This document shows positions 46,120 through 55,500 of a DNA stretch of 64,000 nucleotides, one piece after another. This stretch comes from an uncultured Methanosarcinales archaeon. Its GTDB lineage: Archaea > Nanobdellota > Nanobdellia > Woesearchaeales > JASKKU01. The translations under genes were made by a program, and so were the position numbers. The first letter of the stretch is position 1. The number at the start of each line of letters is the position of its first letter. Location: positions 1,737 through 65,736 of the forward strand of contig CAYUJZ010000002.1 of NCBI GenBank assembly GCA_964445165.1, given 5' to 3'. The notes below the pieces were generated by a model. The model saw only the letters and a list, made by a program, of their open reading frames with translations, was not told the origin of the DNA and did not search any database.

Positions 46120-46273
46120 GGGTTTTCAAAAATGAAAGAGCAAGTATTTAAGTTTTTCTTTTTTGGAAGGGCTTTTCAAAAAGATGCTTGGTTTTCAGAG
46201 TTGAAAAGCGTTGTTGCTTTTGATAACTTCTTCGGATTGGCTCGTATTGAAAAAAGAAACCTTGCGTGTTTGC

Positions 46274-47449
46274 TTATTTAGGCTTACCTAATAAAGCCTG
46301 CTCAAAAAGCGAATAGGCTGTATCTAAATGCTCCTGCCTAACCTCGTTTTTGAGCTCAAGCCTTGCCAGGGCCTTTGAGAGCCTCAGCATTCCAACAAGG
46401 GTTTTTTCGTTTATGGGAAAAAAGCTTTCCGGCTCTCTTTCCTTAAGCTTAAGAAAAAACGCGGACATTGCATCTTCCAGGCTTTCCGGAAAATAGGGCT
46501 CTCTTGACCTGCAGTAGCCTATGTACTCCCTGGCAAAGATAATGTCGGGGCTTTTTGCTGAGCCGTATACGCGCTTGAGGCCAGGGCTTGAAGGTGAAGC
46601 CGCTGGCTCTTCGTGCTTTGGCTTTTGGCCTATAATTGCCGGAAAGTTAAATGCTCCAGCCATGAGCTCAGGCTGTGGCAACTGCTCAAGAACCTGCTCT
46701 TTTGCCTTGATGAACCTTGTAGGCACAGAAGGAATGAGCCTTGCAACTATGCTTGTCCTGCACTTAATCTTTCTTAGGCGCTGGCTGCGTTTGCCTTCTG
46801 GAACTTCCTGCCCTTTCGAGGGAATGCCTGGGATTAAGGAATGCTCCATTGCCTCAAAAAGCAGCCCAATCTCATCTTCTTTCATCTCACCCAGGCTTGT
46901 AATGAGAATAGAAGACTCATCTGCCTGGGAAAGAGCCTGCTTCAGGCCTACCTTGCCTGTGCTTTCCCCTGGGTCAAAGCTGGAAAAGCCTGGAAGCAGG
47001 TCATCAATGCCAGCCAGCATGGCATCTACCGGAGAATCCCTGTCAGATGCTATCAGAAGGTGAAAAGGGTCTGGGGAACAGAGGAATATTGCCAGGGTGT
47101 CGGTTAAGAAATCCGGCACTGAGCCGGGGCTATAGCTCTTTAGAATTCCAGAGATGTTTTTTAATGCATCAGAGGAGAATCTCCTGAACCACTTCTCAAA
47201 GCTTTTCTCAAGAACCATCTTGTTGGCTACTTCTATAAAAGAATTTGTTGCTTCATCTTCTGTAATCGGGTGAAAAACAGGAAAAGAGAAGCCAAAGCCA
47301 AAGCTTGTTGACAGCTCGGAAAACGAAGCAGTAGCCTTCTTTTCTGACAAAAGCCTCCTAAGCTTCTCCGAATAACTAAAAGGCAGATACTCTTTCACAG
47401 AGCCCAGCGCTCTTGATGAATCTTTGCTAAGTGAAGAAAAGAGGGGCAT
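46274..47449 (-). CDS. MCM-derived AAA+ domain protein with degenerate Walker A/B (likely catalytically inactive), no N-terminal OB/Zn domain
   Basis: 391 aa. By-eye alignment to the MCM core: HLLIASDRDSPV lies at the Walker-A position (the usual sequence is LLVGDPGTAKS). ILITSLGEMKEDEIGLLFEAMEHSLI lies at the Walker B / IHEAMEQQ position (usually IDEFDKM…). The C-terminal IIFAREYIGYCRSREPYFPE… and TLVGMLRLSKALARLELKNEVRQEHLDTAYSLF match the MCM lid / winged-helix region. Confidence 0.45.
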   Translation of the reverse strand: MPLFSSLSKDSSRALGSVKEYLPFSYSEKLRRLLSEKKATASFSELSTSFGFGFSFPVFHPITEDEATNSFIEVANKMVLEKSFEKWFRRFSSDALKNISGILKSYSPGSVPDFLTDTLAIFLCSPDPFHLLIASDRDSPVDAMLAGIDDLLPGFSSFDPGESTGKVGLKQALSQADESSILITSLGEMKEDEIGLLFEAMEHSLIPGIPSKGQEVPEGKRSQRLRKIKCRTSIVARLIPSVPTRFIKAKEQVLEQLPQPELMAGAFNFPAIIGQKPKHEEPAASPSSPGLKRVYGSAKSPDIIFAREYIGYCRSREPYFPESLEDAMSAFFLKLKEREPESFFPINEKTLVGMLRLSKALARLELKNEVRQEHLDTAYSLFEQALLGKPK

Positions 47450-47512
47450 TGGTGTTCACTTTTCTGAGAGTTATGCAAAAAGTATATAAAACATTTGCTC
47501 TGTTAAGGCAAC

Positions 47513-48094
47513 ATGAGCAACTCTTCTGGAAAAAAACCTAAGCAAATGAGCAAGGTGGTTAAGGCAGACATCATTTCAACCCTGACCGATGTTTCTGCAA
47601 GGATAAAGGAGGAAAAGTTTTCAGACTTAATGAGCCTTTCCAACCACGTAATCCACAATGCCTCAGTTTTCCAGGACGAAGACAGCGTTTCTGTTGCTGT
47701 CGCTGTATACGCACTCTACAAAACCCTTTCCGTATACAGGCTGGACCATTCAAGGATTTTGGGGCTGATTGACAAGGCAATAAAGGCCCTGGAAAGGGAT
47801 GATTATGCTCATTTCAGGAGCTCTATCTCTTCGGTAATTAAGGTTATTGAAGCGGTTGACAAGAGGCTGAGCAGGTATGTTGATGAGGTTGTGAATAAAG
47901 CGAAGATAAAGAAGGCAGTAAAGATATATGACCACGGGATTTCGCTTGCAAGGGTTGCTGAGCTCATGGGCATAAGCCAGTGGGAGCTTCTGAATTATCT
48001 TGGAAATGTTAAGGAAAGGGAAGAGAAGTTCAATAGGAGCAGGCTTGATGTAGCAAGGGATATCTTTGCAGGGCAGGAGGGGAAAGGCAAATGA
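47513..48094 (+). CDS. hypothetical protein with C-terminal HTH-like segment
   Basis: 193 aa. HGISLARVAELMGISQWELLNYLG looks like a helix-turn-helix. Overlaps the next gene by 4 nt. Confidence 0.3.
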   Translation: MSNSSGKKPKQMSKVVKADIISTLTDVSARIKEEKFSDLMSLSNHVIHNASVFQDEDSVSVAVAVYALYKTLSVYRLDHSRILGLIDKAIKALERDDYAHFRSSISSVIKVIEAVDKRLSRYVDEVVNKAKIKKAVKIYDHGISLARVAELMGISQWELLNYLGNVKEREEKFNRSRLDVARDIFAGQEGKGK

Positions 48095-48819
48095 AATGCC
48101 TGATTTTTGACTCTGGGCCTGTTATCAGTCTCTCTCTAAACAACCTTCTCTGGCTTATTCCTGAGTTAAGGAAAGATTTTGGCGGGCACTTTCTAATTTC
48201 CAGAAGCGTTGAGAAAGAGCTGATTGACAACCCGCTCAGCAGGACAAAGAGGTTTATTCTGGAAGCGTTAAATGTTATGTCGCTCGTTGCATCTGGAGAC
48301 CTCAATGTTGCCAGGGGCGAGGGGATTAAGGAGATTTATGACAAAATAGACCATTCCACAAACAAGGCTTTCAGCTCAGGGGATTCCTACATTACCTTGA
48401 TGCACCCCGGGGAGATTGAGACTATTGCCATCACACTGAAATACAAGGCAGAGGGCATTGTAGTGGATGAGAGGAACACCAGGCTGCTTATAGAGGAGCC
48501 AAAAACACTAAAGAAAATACTTGAAAAGAAGCTCCACAGAAAGATAAGAATGGAAGAGTACAGGATAAAGGAATTCCAGGACCTAGTTAAAGATGTAAAG
48601 GTTATAAGGTCGGCTGAACTTGTTGCTGTTGCTTATGAGAAGGGCATTATACAAAAGAACTATCCTGCTGAAATAAGAAAGATTGAGAGGAATTTTGAGA
48701 AATTCCTGTTAGAGGGCGTGCTGTGGGGGGTTAAGCTTCGCGGATGCTCTGTAAGCGACCATGAGATCGAGGCTATGAAGAAAAGCGTGATGAAAGCCTG
48801 GAAAAACCAAAAGTTTTAA
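48091..48819 (+). CDS. hypothetical protein, possible PIN-like nuclease fold
   Basis: 242 aa. An N-terminal LIFDSGPVISL segment and a later GEIETIAI…VVDERN segment resemble the acidic PIN-domain motifs. The match is weak. Confidence 0.25.
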   Translation: MKCLIFDSGPVISLSLNNLLWLIPELRKDFGGHFLISRSVEKELIDNPLSRTKRFILEALNVMSLVASGDLNVARGEGIKEIYDKIDHSTNKAFSSGDSYITLMHPGEIETIAITLKYKAEGIVVDERNTRLLIEEPKTLKKILEKKLHRKIRMEEYRIKEFQDLVKDVKVIRSAELVAVAYEKGIIQKNYPAEIRKIERNFEKFLLEGVLWGVKLRGCSVSDHEIEAMKKSVMKAWKNQKF

Positions 48820-48844
48820 TAGTTCTGAAAGGAAGAGACTTAGT

Positions 48845-49429
48845 ATGGCATATATAGCCTGGCTGGGGAAGAATAGAAAAACATTCAGCTCAAAGAGAGA
48901 GCTAATCTATTTTGTTAAGGAAAACCCTAACCTTAATATGAAGGTTTATGAGGAAGACGCCTTTGGCAATGCAAGAGAGCTCGGAACCGGGGAAATGCTG
49001 GAGCTTATAAGCGAGTCAAAGCAAGGGATGCGGTTTCCTGAAGAAAATCCCGAAAAAAACAGGCAGGAAGATTATGCTAAAATGCCAGGAAGGCAGCAGA
49101 AAGAGCATAGCGGAGAGGTTGCAGGCCAAAGGCTTTTTGGCCAGAGAGAGCCTGCAAGAAGCCCGAGGCAGGAATACTTTGAGGATAGAGAGCTTCTTTC
49201 TAACAGCATAAACAGGATATACGGCAGCAGCAATCCCCAGCAAGCTGCGGCTGCAAAACAGGACGCATACTCACAGCTCAAGCCAGGGGCAAGCACTCGC
49301 CAGGGCTTTCTCTCTCATCTCATTCTCGTTCTCGCAATACTACTTGGGCTGATAGCACTTTATATTGTTGTGCCTCTTATCATGCAGAATTTTATAGGGG
49401 GAATAACTGCACCTCCGGTCACTCCCTAG
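48845..49429 (+). CDS. hypothetical tail-anchored membrane protein
   Basis: 194 aa. Charged, low-complexity soluble part and a single C-terminal TM helix (LILVLAILLGLIALYIVVPLI). Confidence 0.3.
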   Translation: MAYIAWLGKNRKTFSSKRELIYFVKENPNLNMKVYEEDAFGNARELGTGEMLELISESKQGMRFPEENPEKNRQEDYAKMPGRQQKEHSGEVAGQRLFGQREPARSPRQEYFEDRELLSNSINRIYGSSNPQQAAAAKQDAYSQLKPGASTRQGFLSHLILVLAILLGLIALYIVVPLIMQNFIGGITAPPVTP

Positions 49430-49473
49430 GATAATTATAATGTATTAATAAAAGTATAATAAAGGCAAAAGAA

Positions 49474-49782
49474 TCAGTCTATCATTTCGATTTCTATATT
49501 TAACCCGTCTGGTATTGCCACTCTCATTACCAGCCTTAAGGTCCTTTCATCAAGGCTTACGTCTATAAGCCTTTTGTGGATTCTCATCTCAAACCTATCA
49601 AAAGAAGCACTTCCCTCGCCATCAGGGCTTTTTCTTGTGGTAATCTTAAGCTTTTTTGTTGGCAGCGGGATTGGACCTCGCATATCTACCCCAGTCTTCT
49701 CTATTATCTGCCTGATTTCATCGCATACTGCGTTAATCTTGCTGACATCCGTGCTTGCTAGCTTTATCCTTGCTTTTGACAT
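49474..49782 (-). CDS. rps10: 30S ribosomal protein S10 (uS10)
   Basis: 102 aa. …[19 protein letters not shown]…[13 protein letters not shown]… is the canonical uS10 core. Lies downstream of tuf, as in the archaeal str cluster. Confidence 0.9.
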   Translation of the reverse strand: MSKARIKLASTDVSKINAVCDEIRQIIEKTGVDMRGPIPLPTKKLKITTRKSPDGEGSASFDRFEMRIHKRLIDVSLDERTLRLVMRVAIPDGLNIEIEMID

Positions 49783-49867
49783 GGCTCATCTCCTCTGAAA
49801 AAACTTTGTCATGATGAAAGGTTGTTTCATCATGGCACAAAGCAAAATCAAAAAATGAAAAAACCTC

Positions 49868-51172
49868 TTATTTCTTTTCGAGCTCCTTCTTCACCAGGTC
49901 TATACACATTCCTGCTGATACAGTTACTCCTGAGTCCCTTACTGCAAACCTGGACATTTGAGGAATGTCTTTTTGCTTCTCAATCACCAAAGGCCTTCTT
50001 GGCTTTATCTTGACAATTGCTGCGTCCCCGTTCTTCAGGGTTGTTGGGTTTTCCTCAAGTGTCTCTCCAGTTGCAGGGTTGAGTTTCTTCACAAACTCGG
50101 TAAAGGTGCAGGTTACCTGAGAGGTATGCACGTGGAACACCGGCGTGTAGCCAACAGTCATCGCAGACGGGTGGTTTAATACAACAATCTGTGCTGTGAA
50201 CTCGTCAGCGAGAGTTGGCGGGTTGTCCGGATGACCTATAACGTCTCCTCTTGCAACATCCTTGGAGCCAAAGCCCCTTACGTTGAACCCAATGTTATCA
50301 CCTGGGCCTGCCTGCTTCATTGTCTCGTGGTGCATCTCTATTGTCTTGCACTCTCCGAGAACTCCTCTTCCTTCTCTTCCTGGAACAGCTATAATCTTGT
50401 CTCCAACCTTAAGGACTCCTGTCTCGATTCTTCCGACCGGGACAACACCAACTCCTGTAATCGAGAAGACATCCTGGATTGGAAGCCTCAGTGGAAGCTC
50501 TGTTGGCTTCTCTGGAACGCTTAAGGTGTCTATTGTCTCCAGGAGTGTCTTTCCTGTATACCAGGACATGTTCTCTGACTTCTTTACAACATTGTCTCCC
50601 ATCAAAGAGGAGATCGCTACAAAAGGAATCTGGTCCGGCTTGAACCCGACGCTCTTGAGAACCTTGCTTACATCCTCTTTTACTGCGTTGTACTTTGCCT
50701 GGTCATACTTGACCTTATCCATTTTGTTGATTGCTACTATGATCTGCTGCACTCCAAGAGTCCTTGATAGAAAGATATGCTCTTTTGTCTGTGCATTCAC
50801 ACCATCATCTGCTGCCACTACAATAACTGCTGCGTCTGCCTGGGATGCTCCGGTAATCATGTTCTTTACAAAATCCCTGTGACCAGGGGCATCAATTATT
50901 GTGAAGTAAAACTTGTCAGTTTCAAACTTCTGGTGAGCCAGGTCGATTGTAATTCCTCGCTCTCTTTCTTCTTTGAGGCTGTCCATCACGAAGGCGAACT
51001 CAAAACCGCCTTTTCCGATTCTCTCTGCCTCTTCCTTCAGCTTCCTAAGCTTCTGCTCCTCAACATTTCCTGAGTCAAACAAAAGCCTCCCTACGGTTGT
51101 GGATTTCCCGTGGTCTATGTGTCCAACGAACACAAGGTTTATATGTTCTTTAGCACTTGCCATTTTTTTCAT
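49868..51172 (-). CDS. tuf: translation elongation factor aEF-1alpha
   Basis: 434 aa. G1 motif [10 protein letters not shown] (the archaeal/eukaryotic form), G3 DAPGHRDF, G4 NKMD. Confidence 0.95.
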   Translation of the reverse strand: MKKMASAKEHINLVFVGHIDHGKSTTVGRLLFDSGNVEEQKLRKLKEEAERIGKGGFEFAFVMDSLKEERERGITIDLAHQKFETDKFYFTIIDAPGHRDFVKNMITGASQADAAVIVVAADDGVNAQTKEHIFLSRTLGVQQIIVAINKMDKVKYDQAKYNAVKEDVSKVLKSVGFKPDQIPFVAISSLMGDNVVKKSENMSWYTGKTLLETIDTLSVPEKPTELPLRLPIQDVFSITGVGVVPVGRIETGVLKVGDKIIAVPGREGRGVLGECKTIEMHHETMKQAGPGDNIGFNVRGFGSKDVARGDVIGHPDNPPTLADEFTAQIVVLNHPSAMTVGYTPVFHVHTSQVTCTFTEFVKKLNPATGETLEENPTTLKNGDAAIVKIKPRRPLVIEKQKDIPQMSRFAVRDSGVTVSAGMCIDLVKKELEKK

Positions 51173-51432
51173 AACCTCCCTAAGTATAATGTGTGTGTAT
51201 GTTGGATTTTCCGTATATTTAAAAAGCTTTCTGTTGAGAATGAGAAAGAACTATTAAAAAATTAAGAAATGAGGCTTAGAGTAGCCATAACAAGATTATT
51301 ATAAATAGTATTCAGATAAAAATGAGAATGGATAACAAACAAATACCAATAATATGCTGATAACTAATCTCGCCTTTAAAAAGGAAAAATAAAAGAAAAT
51401 ATTTAAATAGTAAGCAGCCAAAGAGGGAAAAT

Positions 51433-52452
51433 ATGCACTGGCAAAAACAGGAAATTAATCAGGGGTTTAATTTGGCTTTTGGCTTTTCTGCATTCTGCTC
51501 ATTCCTGCTTGGGCTTCTGGTGCTGCTTGCTTCCTGCTCTGAAGGGGCAGTTGAGCGTAATGGCTTATATGAAGGCACCGAAGGCCTGAAAATAAGCTTA
51601 AGCTCTCCAAGAACAGAGTATTATGTTAGTGAAGGTGCAGACGGATTTATTGATCAGGTTGAGATTCCGTTCATTCTCGGGCTTGAGAACCTGGGCAGGG
51701 CAAGAATAGAAGAGGAGGGCTTCAGGCTGGAGCTTTTTGGGTTTGACCCAAGGATAATCTCCACAACTCCACGCACATTCGAGGATTTCAACATGGAGAT
51801 GAATGTTATTACACTCAAAGATTCTGCTTTTGAGGGTGTGAGCCTTGCCAGGCCCCTGGGGGACAGAAAAGCAATAACTGGGAGGGACATTGAATTTGGA
51901 ACAAAAAAGGATGCAAGCATTCCCGGAGACAGCTACCAGTTTAACCTGAAGGCCAACCTTTGCTACAGGTATAAGACCTACTTTAGTGACAGTTTTATAG
52001 TTTCACCAAGAGGCAGCCAGCAGGAATTCATTGAAGGAGGGCTTTATGACAGAAAGGATTACGGAGAAAAAGGACAGGGTGCCCCTATTGCCGTTACAAG
52101 GGCTGAGGTGGAGCCGATAGGCAATAAGGCAAGGGTTACCTTTTACATAAAAAGGCTTGATAATGTAGAGATTTATTATAATAGGGATGCTTCTCCGAAA
52201 AAAGATGAGTGTGGCTCTGTCAGGTTTGAGAACAGGAACAAGGTTCTGGTTTCAGGCGTGTGGCTGTCTGGCGCCCAGAAGGCGAGCTGCCTGGAAAAAG
52301 AGTTTTATCTTGATGCCAAGGGCGAAGGAATAATCGACTGCATCTTCGATGAAGGGGTTCCATCATCAAGCGCGAGCACTGTGATTTCGCTTGAATTAGA
52401 GTATGATGTGTTTGACTCAGCGTCACTTGGCTTTAGGCTTAGGAAAATATAA
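51433..52452 (+). CDS. secreted protein with lipobox-like signal (paralog 1)
   Basis: 339 aa. N-terminal hydrophobic segment ending LLASCSEG, with LASC fitting the lipobox consensus. Shares conserved blocks with 52475-53479: LCYRYKTYFSDS, GQGAPIAVT, GNKA, KRLDNVEIY, and C-terminal LELEYDVFD…RKI. Confidence 0.45.
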   Translation: MHWQKQEINQGFNLAFGFSAFCSFLLGLLVLLASCSEGAVERNGLYEGTEGLKISLSSPRTEYYVSEGADGFIDQVEIPFILGLENLGRARIEEEGFRLELFGFDPRIISTTPRTFEDFNMEMNVITLKDSAFEGVSLARPLGDRKAITGRDIEFGTKKDASIPGDSYQFNLKANLCYRYKTYFSDSFIVSPRGSQQEFIEGGLYDRKDYGEKGQGAPIAVTRAEVEPIGNKARVTFYIKRLDNVEIYYNRDASPKKDECGSVRFENRNKVLVSGVWLSGAQKASCLEKEFYLDAKGEGIIDCIFDEGVPSSSASTVISLELEYDVFDSASLGFRLRKI

Positions 52453-52474
52453 AAAAAGAGTGAAGGCAGAAAAC

Positions 52475-53479
52475 ATGATAAGAAAAGTGATTAAACCTAA
52501 CAGGGATAAGAGTTGCCAGGTGTATTTTTTTCTTGCATTAATGGCTGTTTCTGTAATTTTTATTTCTTCCTGCTCTCCGGAAGCAGAGCAAACAGGCCTG
52601 TTTACCGGAACACAGGGGCTAAAGATAAGTGTCTCGGGATTTTCTTCTGAGATACTGCTTCCTTCCGGGATTGAGGAAAGTACAATTATCCCTTTTATTG
52701 CATCAATAGAGAATATGGGCAGGCATACGGTTGGGACAGATGACTTCAAGCTTATGCTTTCTGGGTATGACCCCCAGCTAATTGAGTGTTCTGGAGCCAG
52801 CAATCCTGACTTGCTGATACGAGAATGCGAAGTAACCCTGAATCATGGGCGAACTATTGAAGGCAGAAACACACTCAGAAGAATCGGAGACAAGGTTATA
52901 ATTACAAATGATATGTTTGATTTTAAGACAAGCCCTGAGGGAATTCCTGGCGACATGTACAGGTTTGAATTGCTTTTCTCAATGTGCTACAGATATAAGA
53001 CCTACTTTAGTGACAGCCTGATGCTTGACCCAAATTCTGATTTCCAAAAAATTGATTACAGAGGGCAGGCAAGCATGAGAACACATACCGGAGGGCAGGG
53101 TGCACCTCTTGCAGTTACAGGAATCAGCTCAATTGCTACTGGAAACAAGGCAATTGTTTTTGTTAATGTTAAGAAGATGGATAATGTCCAGGTATACTTT
53201 GATGAGGAAAAGCCCCCGGCAATTCAGAAGTGCGGCTCTGCTTCTTATAATATTAGGGATAGATTCAAGGTCACAATGGCTCAGCTATCAGACTTCACGG
53301 AGCTATCTCTATGCAATGGAAAGACTTTTTACCTCAATGACATGGGAGAAGGCCAGTTTACCTGCGAGTTTGAGCTTGGGAGAGACATCAGAAACGAGAT
53401 AAGCTCTATATTCAACCTTGAGCTTGAGTATGACGTTTTTGACTACACAAAGCAGCCTTTTTCAATGAGGAAGATATAA
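52475..53479 (+). CDS. secreted protein with lipobox-like signal (paralog 2)
   Basis: Start taken at the ATG at 52475 (MIRKVIKPN…), 20 nt after paralog 1's stop. The signal ends FISSCSPE, with ISSC fitting the lipobox. The same conserved blocks as paralog 1 are present, for example MCYRYKTYFSDS, GQGAPLAVT, LELEYDVFD…RKI. Confidence 0.45.
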   Translation: MIRKVIKPNRDKSCQVYFFLALMAVSVIFISSCSPEAEQTGLFTGTQGLKISVSGFSSEILLPSGIEESTIIPFIASIENMGRHTVGTDDFKLMLSGYDPQLIECSGASNPDLLIRECEVTLNHGRTIEGRNTLRRIGDKVIITNDMFDFKTSPEGIPGDMYRFELLFSMCYRYKTYFSDSLMLDPNSDFQKIDYRGQASMRTHTGGQGAPLAVTGISSIATGNKAIVFVNVKKMDNVQVYFDEEKPPAIQKCGSASYNIRDRFKVTMAQLSDFTELSLCNGKTFYLNDMGEGQFTCEFELGRDIRNEISSIFNLELEYDVFDYTKQPFSMRKI

Positions 53480-53596
53480 CGAAAAGATTCAAAAAGTTTT
53501 TAAATGGCTTGATTTCCCTAAAAAACACAAAAGAAATGAAATGCTGCTAATGAAAGTGTTTCAGTAAATGTTTTGTCAACAAGAGAGGTAAACAAA

Positions 53597-53998
53597 ATGG
53601 CAGGAGTTAAGCAGTCTTCGGTGGGAAGCCTTAAGCAGGGAAGCTATGTTGTTATTGATGGTGCTGCCTGCAAGGTTGTGGACATGCAGGTATCAAAGCC
53701 TGGGAAGCATGGGCATGCAAAGGTAAGGCTTACTGCAGTTGGGCTCATTGATGAGAAGAAAAGGGTAATTGTAATGCCGGGGCATGACAGCATTGATGTC
53801 CCTATCATCGAAAAAAAAAATGCACAGGTGCTTTCTATTAGTGGGAACACTGCAAGCGTAATGGAACTTGAGACTTATGAAAATTTTGACCTTGAGATTC
53901 CGGAAGAACTCAGGCAGGAATGTGCAGAGGGCTCTATTGTGCTTTACTGGGACATTCTTGGAGATAGGGTTATGAAACAGGTTAAGCAGGGTGAGTGA
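53597..53998 (+). CDS. eif5a: translation initiation factor 5A (aIF-5A)
   Basis: Start taken at MAGVKQ (ATG 53597). The hypusination loop is SKPGKHGHAK. An OB-fold C-terminal domain follows. Confidence 0.9.
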   Translation: MAGVKQSSVGSLKQGSYVVIDGAACKVVDMQVSKPGKHGHAKVRLTAVGLIDEKKRVIVMPGHDSIDVPIIEKKNAQVLSISGNTASVMELETYENFDLEIPEELRQECAEGSIVLYWDILGDRVMKQVKQGE

Positions 53999-53999
53999 A

Positions 54000-54161
54000 A
54001 TGGCAAAGATTCCAGAGGCAGAGGTAAGGCTGTTCAAGAACATTTTTGTTTGTAAAGAGTGTAAAAGCAAGATAAGGGCTCCTCCACTTAAGGTGTTTGC
54101 AAAAAAAATCAGGTGCAGGAAATGCAACTCTAATTCATTGAGGCCTGTCAGGAAAAAGTAA
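54000..54161 (+). CDS. rpl40e: 50S ribosomal protein L40e (53 aa; below the ORF-track length cutoff)
   Basis: Translation MAKIPEAEVRLFKNIFVCKECKSKIRAPPLKVFAKKIRCRKCNSNSLRPVRKK. It has the conserved …FPEAE.R.F…C..C… start and a C4 zinc ribbon, as in L40e. Begins 2 nt after the aIF-5A stop. Confidence 0.6.
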   Translation: MAKIPEAEVRLFKNIFVCKECKSKIRAPPLKVFAKKIRCRKCNSNSLRPVRKK

Positions 54162-54200
54162 ATCCAGCTAGCCTATTTGAAAAATTTATCAAATTAATGG

Positions 54201-55439
54201 ATGCTTAAAATGGATAGTGTTTTTATTGAAACGGCGCTTTTTTTCGTCTTTATTCTTGTTATGGGTGCCTTCCTGATTTCTAAAAGAAAAAAGCTTAATG
54301 TCGAATGGGTGCTTAAGCCGGCTATTTACCTCATGCTCTACAAGACCAAGTTTGGCATTAAGTTTATTGATTATCTAGCAAAAAAGATTGGTGGGCTTGT
54401 AAGGCTGATCGGCTATCTGTTTATGATGCTTGGAATTGTGATTATACCATTAATGACCTGGGCCTTTGTAAAAAGCTTTTATGATATGGCTATGGCACCT
54501 GGCTCTGTGCCCGGAGTCGGGCTTGTGCTTCCTATTCCTATGCCCGGAGTGTTCTATGTGCCTTTTTCATTCTGGATAATCTCGCTTTTTGTGATTATGA
54601 TTTTCCACGAGTTTGCGCACGGGATTGTTGCAAAAGCACATAAGATTCCTATAAAATCCAGCGGGTTTGCTTTTTTTGGGATTTTTGCGCCGCTTGTTCC
54701 TGGTGCTTTTGTTGAGCCTGATGAAAAGGCTATAAAGAAGGCAAAGGCTTCTACAAAGCTTTCTGTTTTTGCTGCCGGGCCCATGATGAATATAATTTTG
54801 GGTATTTTTATCCTTGCGGTTGTTTTTCCTCTTGCAGAAGCGCCAGTGCGTGATGAAGGCCTATTATATAATTTCAACATCTTTGGCACAAGTGGAATTA
54901 TCAATATTACTGGCGTAACTGTTGCAGGCTATATGAACTTTAGTGAAGAGCCTTATGCCAAGTATAACTTAAGCTCGCCGGCAAGGCTTGTGGGGCTTCC
55001 TATAAATTCTACAATAGAAGAAATCAATGGAATGAAGATAATATCTACTTTTGATATAACTAGAGCAGTTGACCTATCAAACAATACAATTACTGTTATT
55101 GCTGATGGTGAAAAATATACCTTTTCTCCAATAGATGACCCTTTAGAGGACAGGAAACTTCTTGGAATCGTGCCCGGGCTCGACTATAAAGAAGTTACTG
55201 GAGGAAAATACATTGCATACAGTTTCCTTTTGGGCCTGCTTAGCTGGCTGTGGCTTCTTAATATTGGAATCGGGACTTTTAACCTGCTGCCAATAAACAT
55301 ACTTGACGGAGGGCAGATGCTGAAGGCAATCCTGGATAAGTTTATGAAAGAGGAAAAATCAAATAAAATTGTTTCTTTGTTCTCCTGGGGAATTGGGCTG
55401 ATGGTGCTGTTTATGATTGCTATGTCTTTCTTCCTTTAA
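54201..55439 (+). CDS. site-2 protease (M50 family; RseP-like) with PDZ domain
   Basis: 412 aa. HEFAHGIVA (HExxH) in a TM helix, a PDZ-like middle segment, and the LDG motif NLLPINILDGGQML. Confidence 0.85.
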   Translation: MLKMDSVFIETALFFVFILVMGAFLISKRKKLNVEWVLKPAIYLMLYKTKFGIKFIDYLAKKIGGLVRLIGYLFMMLGIVIIPLMTWAFVKSFYDMAMAPGSVPGVGLVLPIPMPGVFYVPFSFWIISLFVIMIFHEFAHGIVAKAHKIPIKSSGFAFFGIFAPLVPGAFVEPDEKAIKKAKASTKLSVFAAGPMMNIILGIFILAVVFPLAEAPVRDEGLLYNFNIFGTSGIINITGVTVAGYMNFSEEPYAKYNLSSPARLVGLPINSTIEEINGMKIISTFDITRAVDLSNNTITVIADGEKYTFSPIDDPLEDRKLLGIVPGLDYKEVTGGKYIAYSFLLGLLSWLWLLNIGIGTFNLLPINILDGGQMLKAILDKFMKEEKSNKIVSLFSWGIGLMVLFMIAMSFFL

Positions 55440-55500
55440 GGCCTTTCGGAGCTTTTAATAATAAAAAATATAAGAAGTGCTTTATTTGTTATAAGAAAGA

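Noticed and set aside
50231-50882. Plus-strand ORFs (97 aa and 206 aa) overlapping tuf
   Set aside because: They are antisense to the aEF-1alpha gene, Ser/Thr/Leu-rich, and lack motifs. Shadow ORFs.
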